A stretch of 64,000 bases of DNA from Bugula neritina. Its lineage: Eukaryota > Animalia > Bryozoa. Below the pieces are notes generated by a model. That model was not told the DNA's origin. It saw nothing but the letters and a program-made list of their open reading frames with translations, and made no database searches. A program made the position numbers and the translations under genes. Shown here piece after piece: positions 1-16,229 of the stretch (the stretch's first letter is position 1; every line of letters begins with the position of its first letter). The DNA is taken from assembly GCA_964035545.1 (NCBI GenBank), contig OZ037772.1, positions 7,734,889-7,798,888 of the forward strand, written 5' to 3'.

Positions 1-231
1 ATTGAGAAAGCGTAGGCTATATAATTATAACCGTATAAGTACGTTGTTTAATCGCCAAAGTAATAACTAAATAACGGTGTTTACAAGGAGTTATTACTCC
101 TATTCTAAAATTGGCCGATTAAGTTATCACAGTACAAAAATTTCAACGGGTGGCTTTTACAATGCAATGCAACTCGGAGAAATTTCAACCCGGCCAAATT
201 GAAATTTTGACCGAAAATCGTGAAGGTATAA
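1..231. mobile_element. Partial copy of repeat family C
   Basis: Homologous to 61871-62101 and ends in GAAGGTATAA. Confidence 0.7.
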
Positions 232-313
232 ACGCAACTTTATTAAAATTGTTTTTTAACCAAATGATGCAGTTGGGCAATCAATATTATCAACAATAAA
301 CTTTATATTTTAG

Positions 314-3300
314 ATAGAGACCTTATTTGTACTTCATATAGTTGCTGAAGTGCAGATCAAAGAAAATGTAGCAGGGTAGGTTAGATTTACATATTACGGG
401 TTTTTTCTTTAGAGCAAATAGTTTATACTGTATTATAGTTTGCGTCAAGCAGCCAACTAAGCAACGCCCATTGATTTCATTCTCCGATTGTCTAAAAAAG
501 TTTAAACTTTCACAACATGTTGAGTGGACAAACTTGTTCAATTGAACTGGAACTTTATATAGTAAGTTTTGGTGAATTGCAAAACTATTCATTCAAATAA
601 TTTTTTGAGTTGATTAACTTAATTTATATTATAATAGTCATAGCGAAGAGAGATAAAGACTTCTTACAAATCCTGGCCTTAAGATTTATGAATTGCCTTC
701 TATAATGATTATTTGAAACTCTTCAGTGCAACTACCAGCAGTCAAATTTGAGTCATTTTTAAACGTGATGATGTGAATAGTTTTTTGATTTTTTAAAAAA
801 TGTAAATAACAAAAAAACCTAAAAGTCAAAACATTTTCTACTTATGTTAATAAAATCATCCTTGTTTTTAGATAGCATACATGCAGTTGCATAACAGCAT
901 ACTTGTCTGGTTTTAGTGTGAAGTTTCTGAAAGTTACGAAGAATGATCTAACCAAACCTCCAAAAGTTGATGAAGATGCAGAATATTTTCATTTTACCAG
1001 CTTGACTGAAGATAAGAATAACCAAGGTTCCTATTTTTTAGCCAGCCAACAAGTGATTCAAAGCACTCAAGACTTTATTAGTTTTACAGATGTTGCTGGC
1101 TCACCACGTTCTGATTGGTACCAGAGTGGTACAGATGCCATGTTTGGAGAAATTAATGGGATGGCGACCACAAAAAGTTTTTCATCTAGTGTTTTTGTAG
1201 CAGATAACACATATCATTGTATACGCGAGGTGGTGCTAGAAAGAACTGAAGGGGTGTTGACATATTTAGATAGAGAAATAGGAGGAATGTGTGAAACCAG
1301 TGGCTCCATTGACGGTGCTCGTGGGATTGCTCGGATTTCTAGTCCCTTTGACCTAATAGAGGATTCTCCAAAAAGACTTTTATTTTCAGAAAAAAGAAAA
1401 ATAAGAACTTTAACTTTTGAAAAAAATAATTGGATAGTTGGGACTATCAGACCATTGAGGGAAGACATCCACAGACTTGCCATTCATCCTAAATATAACA
1501 CTATATTGATGACAACCATCTCGAAGATATTGACTTATGAGAATGGTTACGTGAATGACCTTATAGGATCATCCAGTGGACACAAAGATGGGTTCTTTAT
1601 CAATGCACAATTTGACAATCCACAGCAGTTACTCTTTTTAGGTGAAAAAGTCCTTTTGATAGCTGATAAAAATAATCATGTGGTGCGGGTGATAGATCTC
1701 AACACATTAATTATTTCCACCATATGCAGTCCTAAACCACATTTAGCAGCTGAAGGTACATCCATTACGGACTGTCAAATGAGTCACCCTCACCTTTTGA
1801 TAAATGATAGACAAAAGAATTTGGTTTACATAATTGACTCAAAGGGGATCAAATTTCTAAGCTATAAAAGTATGTAACCAGCATATTGGTATTGCTTATT
1901 GCTATTGGTAGTAAAACACAACCATTTGCAAATGTGAAATACTTTTTCAGATTTTTACCTTGTTTGTGTCCGTGTGTGCTTTTGGACAATTTTCGAACAT
2001 ACACCTATATCATACTTTAATGTAAAATGTTGTGCATAGGTTATGTATGTATCCTACATCAATATAACCTCACAATTTCCTTTGCAGCTGAAAGCTCAAC
2101 TGGTAGCAAATCTCCTACTGCCACCAGCATCACTACCACCAGTACCAATAAACACCCTGTTAATTCAAAATTAAACTATTGGATCATTGTACCCAGTTTG
2201 TCAACTATGATATTGATGATTATGTTAGTTGCAATATGCACTGTGGTAACTGTGTGTCGAAGAAATAGAAGATTGAAGAGTGAGTATACAAAATAAATAT
2301 AATATACTTAGGAGACTGGAAACAACACTTTATAATCAAAATTATAACAAAAAATATGCTGCATACAAACAAACAACAATTTATTTCAATTTTATCCTTG
2401 CTGATTTAGAACAAATTTATAAGTTATTGCAGAGCTCACAATTTATGCTGAATTTTCAATACATTATTTCTGACTAATACACAGTTCAATTGGCATCATG
2501 AATCAAATGTATTATACTTTAGAAGAAAAACAGGCTGAAACGAAGAAAGGAGTTGAAACTTCATCAAATTCTAAGGCTGATGAAAAAGTATGTAATATTA
2601 CTATTAAAAATTGTTCATTGTTTGATCAGTATATAAAGTACCTCAAAATTTTAGTTTAAATCGTAATAAACAATATACATTCTTTTCACCATTTGGAAAA
2701 CCAACTCAATCAGGCTTCAAAGGAAAAGCAAGTTGAAGTCATAAAAGAAGGACCCAAGTCACGGGACATTCTAGCTTCACAATCTAAGACAAGCAACAAT
2801 GTGTGTATTTATTATTATAGACTTTGTGTTGCGGAATCAGTAGAACTTCTTGCTTTTAAAAACTCTTTTTACAGTTTTCAAATATTTATTCCTTTTTGGT
2901 TTCTTACAACCGACCAGTGTTTTGGCTAACTAGCGTTTAATAGAAGAATTTGGGGTAAAATAACTATGTTTTATTCTTGGCATAGACGCAACCGTAATAT
3001 TATCTGTAATTTTCTTTAATGATGTTAACCTTTATAACGATGCTTTACTGAAGTATTATTGAATTTTTTTTAATTCTTTGCTTTTTGATTTTGTGTAGCT
3101 GATTTTTATGACAACAGTTTTTTTGAATTTATGCAATTGTAGCAGATTAAATCTGTTGAGAACCAACAGCTAGTTTTAGATAATTCATTTAATGCTGCTT
3201 CAAAAGAACAACAAGTTGAAGCGGTGAAAGAAACCATCAAATCATCCAATATCTTATCTTCAGAGTCCAAGACAGACAGAAAAGTATGTAATAAATAATT

Positions 3301-6300
3301 AAGCACTTCATTTTGTCTAAGCAGAAAAGCTTTGTTGCTTCAAAAACATAACTGTGTGTTTAAGAAAATTGTTTACATTATTTATAATTATTGGCTTTTA
3401 GTTTTTGCAACTAATCAATGAATTTTGTCAAACCAGCTCTTAGTATGGAACAATTCAAAGTAAAAATCCTAAGTCTTGTTCTTGGCTTGAATGCAATTGT
3501 AGGCTTACCCGTTCTCCTAATAAAATGCATATAAATATTTTAGCACTACTAAAATGTTATTGAATTTTTTTTAAATTCTTCTTTCTTGGATTTTGTTTAG
3601 CTGCATTTTTGGAAATATGTTGGTTAGTTTTTTTTTGGATTTATGCAATTGTAGCAGGTGAGGTCTGTTGAGAACCGACAACCAGTTTTAGAGAATCCAT
3701 TTAATGCTACTTCCAATGAAGAACAAGTTGAAGCGGTGAAAGATACAGTCAAATCATCGAACATCCTAACTTCACAATCTAAGGCAGGCAACAAAGTATT
3801 TAACTAATAGATAGGCAAAGTTTAGTGTGGAGGCAGTAGAGCATTATCGCTTTTAAAAATGCATGGCTCACTGGCACAGTTTTATTTTTACAGCTCTTAT
3901 AGTAAATGCATTCTGGTTTTTGCAACTAACCAGTGTGCTTTCAAACTTATGTTTTGTAGCAAGCTCCAATGAATTTACCTAATTTTATTCTTGGCATAGA
4001 TGCAACCATAGGCTTATCTATTTCTCTAATGTTATAATCATAGATTTTAGCATTTATGGTGATCTGCTCTTCTAAAATGTTATTAAATGTTTTAATACTT
4101 TTCCTTTCTTGAAGTTGTTTAGTTGCGTGTTTCATACTTTGTTGCACAAAGTATGTTGTAACGTTAATGCAATTATAGCAGGTTAGGTCGGTTGAGAACC
4201 AACAATCAGTTTCAAAGAATCCATTTATGACTGCTTCAAATGAAGAACAAGCTGAACTCATCAAAGAAACAGCCAAATCATCAGACACCTCAACTTCAAA
4301 ATCTAGGATGGCCAGCAAAGTACTAACATATATTGTTCTGTACTTTACATCATCATAGCATGCAGTAGATAAAATACTTCAATTTGTGCAAAAATATGAA
4401 TATTAGAAAACAGGCAGTTTTTCATTCTATGCAATTTTTTTAAAAATCAAGACATGATTCTGATCTTCACCACAAAGGTTTTGTAGCTCTGTAACTCTGT
4501 AACTCATTTATTTTACAACTTTATCAAAAAATGAATTTGAGTTTTTGATCATTTTTGAAAATAGACAGCCAGTTTCATTTTTGGTTTAAAGGCAACTGTA
4601 GCTTTACCCATGAATATTAGAAAACATGCATTTTTTCATTCTATGCAATTTTTTTTAAACATCAAGTCAGGAATTCGATTTTCACAACAAAGGTTTTGTA
4701 GCTCTGTAGCTCTGTAACTTTGTAACTCAGTTAGTTTACAACTTTATAAAAAAATGAACTTGAGTTTTTGATAATTTTTGAAATTGAACAGCAAGTTTCA
4801 TTTTTGGGTTAAAGGCAACTGTAGATTTACCCATTCTTCTAAACAACTAGAATATGAATTCTAGTACTTTTGATTATGCTGTACCAAAAAATTAAGTGCA
4901 TGTTATTGAAACCTCTCTTTACTGGATTTGCTTAGCTGCATTTTTTTTAATACTGTTGTACAAATTACATTTCGTACTTATTATAAAATTGTAACAGATT
5001 AGGTCTGTCGAGAACCAACAACCAGTTTCAAAGAATCTATTTATGACTGTTTCGAATGAAAAACAAGCTGAAGTCATCAAAGAAACAGCCAAATCATCAG
5101 ACACCTCAACTTCAAAATCTAGGATGGCCAGCAAAGTACTAACATATATTGTTCTGTACTTCACATCATCATAGCAGTAGATAAAATACTTCAATTTGTG
5201 CAAAATATGAATATTAGAAAACATGCATTTTTTTATTCTATGCAATTTTTTTTAAACATCAAGTCAGGAATTCGATTTTCACAACAAAGGTTTTGTAGCT
5301 CTGTAGCTCTGTAACTTTGTAACTCAGTTAGTTTACAACTTTATAAAAAAGTGAACTTGAGTTTTTGATAATTTTTGAAATTGAACAGCGAGTTTCATTC
5401 TTGGATTAAAGGCAACTGTAGATTTACCCATTTTTTAAACAACTAAAATATAAATTTTAGTACTTCTGATTATGTTGTACCAAAAAATTTAGTGCATGTT
5501 ATTGAACCCTCTTTTTACTGGATTTGCTCAGCTGTATTTATCGGAACTGTTGGTACAAATTACATTTTGTACTCTTAATACAATTGTAGCAGGTTGAGGG
5601 CCAACAACCAGTTTTGGCTAATCCATTTATTGCTGCTTCAAATGAAGAACAAGCTGAAGTCATGAAAGAAACTGTAAAATCATCAAATATCTTAGCTTCA
5701 GAGTCTAAGAGGGGTAGCGAAGTATGTAGTAAAAAGCACTTTGTTGAATCAGTAAAAGCATAAGCTTCAATTTATGTTAAGTTTTAAATAATGAAAAGAA
5801 ATGGGGGTTTTAATTTTAGTTTATCATTCTATAAGAACTTGCAATAAATTGAAATTATGATTCTTACATCTATACATCAAAAATTTTTAACTTTATATAT
5901 ATGCATCAGATATATCATTAAGCAGTAACGGTCGAGTAAACAATTTTGAAAAAAAAACAAACTCAAGTTGTTCATAATTATTGAAAATAGCTTACTGTTT
6001 AGTGCATTTGTTTTTAACATCTCTTATGCAGTTAAAAAGTTGTTGGTTTTTTTTAACATTTTGTATAATTAGAGCTTAAGAGTTACAATTTTCATTCTTG
6101 GCTTGAATGCAATTGTCAGTTACCCATTATCCTAAGCCAAGTTAGAATCTTTAGCACTTATATACTCATGCTTGGAAAGGTAAAGCATGTTACTGAAAGG
6201 TTTATTTACTGAATTTACGTAGCTTCTTTTTACCACTATAGTTTGTACAAATTATTTTGTTTTTATACAACTCTAACAGGTTAGATCTGTTGAAAAGATA

Positions 6301-7482
6301 CAATCAGTTTCAGAGAATCCAGTCAACGTCACTTCAAAAGACGTTGAAGATGACGTTGAAGCTGGGGAGACACCCAATTCCTCGGATATTTTGCCTTCAC
6401 TATCTAAGGCAAGTAGCAGTTATTAGGTATTAATAAACATTCTGCATTGCAGAAGCAGTGGATAAAGCCTGTCTATTTGCATAGACTTAATGTAACATTT
6501 TTCATGAAATTTTGTCATATAGTGAATTACTTGTTACTTGAATAGGGCAGAACAGAGCTCAATGAGAAGGATCTCACAGGCAATTAAACATTCTAAATTA
6601 TTTAAATGTTAATTGGTAGAAAGCTACAATTGTGAACTTTTTAACAAGTGATAACCAATAATTGTCTTTTCAACTGCGTACGACATATCTCACCTCTAAA
6701 ACTACTTCAAGTCATAGTAAACATCAATGGATATAAGTGCAAAGAAACAAGACTAATGAATTAAATAGTAGTTCACTAGCAAGGGGATAATAAAATAAGA
6801 GTCAGTTTGCACATGACATGCGGTTGGCCTTCAAAAAGCAAAAAAAAACAATTATACATAATTGATGAAATATGTATGTACAAAATTACTATGCATACTT
6901 TTTGAATATTTTATCAGGGTTTCTAGTTAAACTGCAGTAGGTAAGTTTTAAAGAATAGGCTAACCTGGGTTGAGGTTGAGGGCGTTAGGAACCTACGTAG
7001 TTGTCATATTGGTAAGCAAGCAAATTGTTGGGAGTACACAGCTGGCAACATTTTTGAGTTTTTTAAATTTTCATAGAAACACAGTTCACCAAATGTTTTG
7101 ACATTTTTATATTAAACACTGTTAGTTAGAACAAAAATTATTTTAAATGTAAACTTCCACAATATACTGGAACTTCAATAGCACCTACTTGTTTCATTAA
7201 GCATTTGGTAACAGCAGCTGTCTTTCCTGATTCTGTTTTAAACTGCTATTACATAACTAAGAGTATAGTACATCTACTATTTTGGTAATGCATAAAATGC
7301 AAGCATAAACACCTGTAGGACACTAGCTTTTATACATGTATGATAGGCGAACATATGTATGTTTGTGTGCATGTTCATGGTAATTGGTATAATTTTGTTT
7401 TATTTTTATTAAACTCATGGTTGAATTTGATCTTTTTTAGATTGATAGTTCATTTGAAGAAATAGAAGAAACTAAGGAGTGA
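314..7482 (+). CDS. Gene 1 (5'-partial): NHL-repeat beta-propeller type I membrane protein with a repeat-exon cytoplasmic tail
   Basis: Predicted exons: 314-375 (62 nt, IETLFVLHIVAEVQIKENVAG, homologous to exon 2 of the paralogs); 917-1869 (NHL exon with HCIR, GxCxxxGSIDG, GHKDG..AQFDNP, IADKNNHVVRVI, STIC); 2088-2279 (Thr stalk + TM WIIVPSLSTMILMIMLVAICTVVTVC-RRNRR); 2523-2587; 2714-2800; six repeat exons within 3146-6408; last exon 7441-7482 (IDSSFEEIEETKE*). All phases are compatible. Exon 1 probably lies upstream of the window. Confidence 0.8.
3146..6408 (+). repeat. Tandem array of six homologous phase 0-0 coding exons (129-138 nt) with duplicated flanking introns
   Basis: Exons 3146-3283, 3658-3795, 4182-4319, 4998-5135, 5593-5721 and 6280-6408, consensus about VRSVENQQPVxxNPFxxASNEEQxExxKETxKSSxxxxSxSK. 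All are open and flanked by AG/GT (the last has a GC donor). The introns are also homologous, e.g. 4612-4920 vs 5208-5520. Confidence 0.85.
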
Positions 7483-8342
7483 CTTAGATAGAAAGATAAT
7501 CGAAGGCTGCAATATATTGTGTGTTATTATTTTATGCTGTTTATCGAGTCAATTATGTTGAATTTTTGAATTTTTTACCTAATGTTTTCAATTGTGCAGT
7601 TCTAAGTCAATAAAATGTATCCAAAATGAAAAAAAAGCTAAAGTATCATCTTATCTTTGTGAGAATAGATAAACCTGCTCACTGTGTGTGCAGACTGTCT
7701 TGATAAATAAGCTATAATATAGTAACCCATCATAAGTAATGGTTGTTTGCTTCAACTTCTCCAAAACTGTGCTTCCTGTATATTGCGTAAAAATTGAGCA
7801 GGATGCTTTACTTTTTAATTTTTTTTGTCAGAATTTTATAAAAAACTCATGGATTTTTATAGCCGCTATCCATTAGATAAACAGCATATGAGAGAAATCC
7901 CAGATGAAAATGGTTTTTTGTTAAAGCAAGCTAACTACAAATTTAATAGAGGCACAGGAGCAATTATGACTGGATGCTTTTCTGACATCCCCGATAGCAT
8001 TTCTCTTGCCTCGAACCGATGACCTTGTGCTTAGTAGGCAAACGCAATACCTTTAGATTACGCATATAAAATCTTTGTTTGTTTTTACTTTACAGGCTGT
8101 CTGGTTCATCATGTCTATAAGCTTCTGTAAATTTTGAAAACCTCCGTCATAAATTGAATTGAATTCGACAGCTTTTATAGAGCAAACTTGTTTGAAGTAT
8201 TTTTCCATCATGGTGATAAGTGTCCACTAAAAAAATTATTCGTAGTTTATTTTTGCTCACAATGCGATTTATAATCTTTCTAAAAAAGAATCACTGACAC
8301 TTTCACAGCCCTAAGCTCAACAGTAATAAACAAGTAATGTTT

Positions 8343-8468
8343 AGGGGCAGCCATGGTCTAAGGGTTAAAGCATTTGTCTAGTAAGTACGAAAGTCGTGGA
8401 TTCAAGCTTAGACAAAGGCAATTAGTGATGTTAGGAAGAGCATCAAGTCAACATTACTCCTGTGCCTC
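8343..8468 (+). mobile_element. tRNA-derived SINE remnant; opposite-strand copies at ~7950-8062, ~18700-18812 and ~45685-45765
   Basis: A-box-like TGGTCTAAGGG and B-box-like GGATTCAAG, followed by the shared block GATGTTAGGAAGAGCATC..GTCA....TACTCCTGTG, which occurs reverse-complemented at the other sites. Confidence 0.6.
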
Positions 8469-8769
8469 ATCTTGGTAAACCAATAGTATATTTTAACAAA
8501 AACCCTTTTCATGATGGGTTTTCTCACAGGGATAGTGACTATAAATTTGCGTGAGTTTTTTTCTTTCATTTACATTATGGCATTCACATGGCAAAAACTG
8601 TCATCAACATAATACTTTGCTTTACATATCACTAGTGTAGAACTCGCTGCTAGAAGAAAAATATTCGAAATTGGCTGAAATATTTAAATTATTGAATTCC
8701 ATAAAAATATTATGATTGGTTTCCAAACCTAACAACTAAGTTCAAGAAGGTTTCAAAGTTTTTGTAGCT

Positions 8770-8786
8770 ATGACCATCGAGACAAT

Positions 8787-8790
<4 letters not shown>
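8770..8790 (+). promoter_or_regulatory. 6-codon upstream ORF whose TGA overlaps the main ATG (ATGA); equivalents start at 12788, 19301, 24238 and 30995
   Basis: ATG ACC ATC GAG ACA ATA TGA overlaps ATG AGT. The same arrangement is seen in genes 3-6. Whether it lies in the mRNA is unknown. Confidence 0.5.
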
Positions 8791-10967
<2,177 letters not shown>

Positions 10968-11754
10968 TGAGTTTTGAGACGAATCAAGGAAAGATGTAAG
11001 TAGTAGATTAAGTCATTGCAACACATTTAGTAAAAATTGGCTCCGCAAGAACAATTTATAGAAAAGGAAATGAGAATGTCAGACAGGGTTACATTATTAG
11101 TAGCACACTGGCTCTCAAGCACGTGCTACTATACTATAGATTTTTTGGCAGCTTTAACTGTTTGATACTCATTCAATTTAGGTTTAATTCAAAGTTAAAT
11201 TTCAAATTAAGCAGTGAAGTTGCCAAAAATTAACAAGCCTAATAAAATTTTTCATATTCAGCTCTCCTTCTTACAAAATTGTCGCCAGTGATTTGTTCCG
11301 TTAGTTTTGTAGTTTCTTGTGTATCTCCAACTCTTTGTTTATTAAATATAGGGTTATTGTTTTTCGTAACATAAAGTTGATGTTCTAATGCGTGGGTTTT
11401 TGATAAAATATGTAATTTAGGCTAGTGATACTGGCAAAATGTTCCCAAACCCAACTAAGTGGTAAATCTTTGTTTTAATTCTTTTTTATTTATAATTTTT
11501 TTTCTTATTATCTAAATAGTTTGGATTTGCCACATGAGTATCAAATCACATGGTAAATTATATATTTAATGACATATTATCTTTGAAAACAATAGAATGC
11601 TATAAGTTTAATCAGAGTGACCTGATAGTCCGTTTTACTGCTCAGCTGCATGCGAGAACTCTTAGCAATAACTCTATGACTACTTGAAATTACCGTAGAC
11701 ATATATTTATATAACTGCAAGGAATTGTAATTCACATCTATCTAAAATAATTTT

Positions 11755-11818
11755 GCCCCCACTGGGATCAAACTCGAGACCTCCGGTTTGCAAACAAGTG
11801 TGCTAACCATTACCCCAA
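11755..11818 (-). mobile_element. tRNA-like SINE head or tRNA pseudogene fragment
   Basis: The reverse complement GGGTAATGGTTAGCACACTTGTTTGCAAACCGGAGGTCTCGAGTTTGATCCCAGTGGGGGC has degenerate A/B boxes and imperfect stems. Confidence 0.45.
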
Positions 11819-12804
11819 GTGTTTATACCTGTATGATATTTGGACATGTGTATGTTTTTATGTATGCTTATGCGTGCGTGCGTGTGTGCGTGCGTGCGTG
11901 TGTGTGTGTGTGTGTGTTTATTTCATCATAGACATTTACACATATTATAATATAGATAAAAAAAGAAAAGACAATAATTATCAAAAAAAGTGTAAAAAGG
12001 AAAAAAATTATTTCAAAGATGATGATGGGCCCATTAATAGGTATTATTATTTTTCATTTCTATTAAACTTATGATTGAATTTAATATTTTTAGATTGAAA
12101 ATTCACTTGAAGAAATTGATGAAATTAAGGAATAACTCAGATAGAAAGTAATTTACCAAAGCCTGCAATATATGTGTTATCGTTTCAATTTTGCTCAATT
12201 TGTAAATATTTTATCTAATGTTTTTGATTGTGCAATTCTAAGTCAGTAAAATAGACTCAAAATGCAAAACTTATGCCATCTTATCTTTGTGAGAATATTT
12301 CATAGTAAATTTGTGCATCAGAATTAGTTATTTTGTGACTTCATACACTCAATTCTTTTACTAAAGCAAACATGTACACATTGTATATAATAAATACTCC
12401 TAATACTTTAGTAACTAAACTTTTTGCCAAAAAATCCTACATGCAATATTTTTAGCAATTTTGTTCCCTACAATACTGCAAAAAATACGAGCATACTTTT
12501 TGGAGATTGTGTAATACGATTAGGAAATCAGAAGATGTATTAGCTTATATTTATATTTACACTTAAACTACATGAGCTGTCTTTAAAATAATATTGTACT
12601 GCACTTCTCACTGCTATAACTCACTGCTAGAAAAATGTATTTACAATAATGTATGTTGAAATATTTAAATTATTGAATTCCTTCATAGATAATATTATTA
12701 TGATTGTTTTTCAAACCCACCAACTAATTTTACACATAATCAAAGGAGAAAACTTGATATTTAAACTAACCAAATGTTTTTGTAGCTATGATCATTGAGA
12801 GAAT

Positions 12805-15311
<2,507 letters not shown>

Positions 15312-15776
15312 TGGCTTGCTTGCTCGCAAGTTTGTGTTACTATATAAATTTAACTGTTAAATGATCATTTAGTTTAAGTCTATAAATAAAAAGTTAATTT
15401 TTAATTGAAACAATGAGTTTGCCAAAAATGATTAAGTTTAATAATATTTTTCGAATTTAACTCTCCTTCTTACAAAACTTCTTCAGTGACTTGTTAAATT
15501 ATTTCTGTAGTTTCTTTTGCATCTCCAACTATTTGTTTATTACCTATATACGATAAATGTCTTTCGTAACATAAACTCGACATCTTTGTGAGAGTTTTCT
15601 ATGAAACTTCTCATTCAGGCTTGTGATACTATAGCAAGTTTTGAATTGCTGGTGCTTCGCTGAGCATTTCAAGTAATTGATTATTATTTTATGGAATTTT
15701 CACTTCGGCAGTTTGTCACCTAAGCTATTTTTGTTGATGCATGCGAGCACTAAGTTCTTGGGCAAATAATTTCTGT

Positions 15777-16229
15777 TTATACTTCTGCTGCAAAAAGTGC
15801 CGAGTTTTATTTAAAGACACTCTTCTGGTACCCCTTTATAGTCAAACTTGAAACTCGATGAAATCATATTGATGAAGAAGCTTGTTTTCATAACAGTTAA
15901 AAATTTATTGTCTAGTAGTTATTGGCTGTCCTTTAAAAAAGTCGTATATTTGTAAAGCTGACAGAATATAAAAACGGTACTGAGAAAGCGTAGCAGATAT
16001 AATTATTAACATATAAGCACGCCATCTAATCGCCTATGCCATAATTAAGTACCTATGTTTACAAGGGATTATTACTCTTTCTGATTTTTATTCTGATCTC
16101 GATTATTAATGTAGGTTATTACAGTATAACAGCAATTTTTAACGAGTGGCGTTTACATTGCAACGCAATTCAGTGAAATCTTAACTTGGCCAAATTAATT
16201 TTCTGACTGATACTTTTACAGGTATAAAT
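15777..16229. mobile_element. Diverged copy of repeat family C
   Basis: Shares GGTACCCCTTTATAGT.AAACT.GAAACTCG and downstream blocks with 61671-62101. Confidence 0.65.

Noticed and set aside
3106-5245. Minus-strand repeated ORFs (…CWFSTDL…)
   Set aside because: They are antisense shadows of the plus-strand repeat exons of gene 1, which carry the splice signals.
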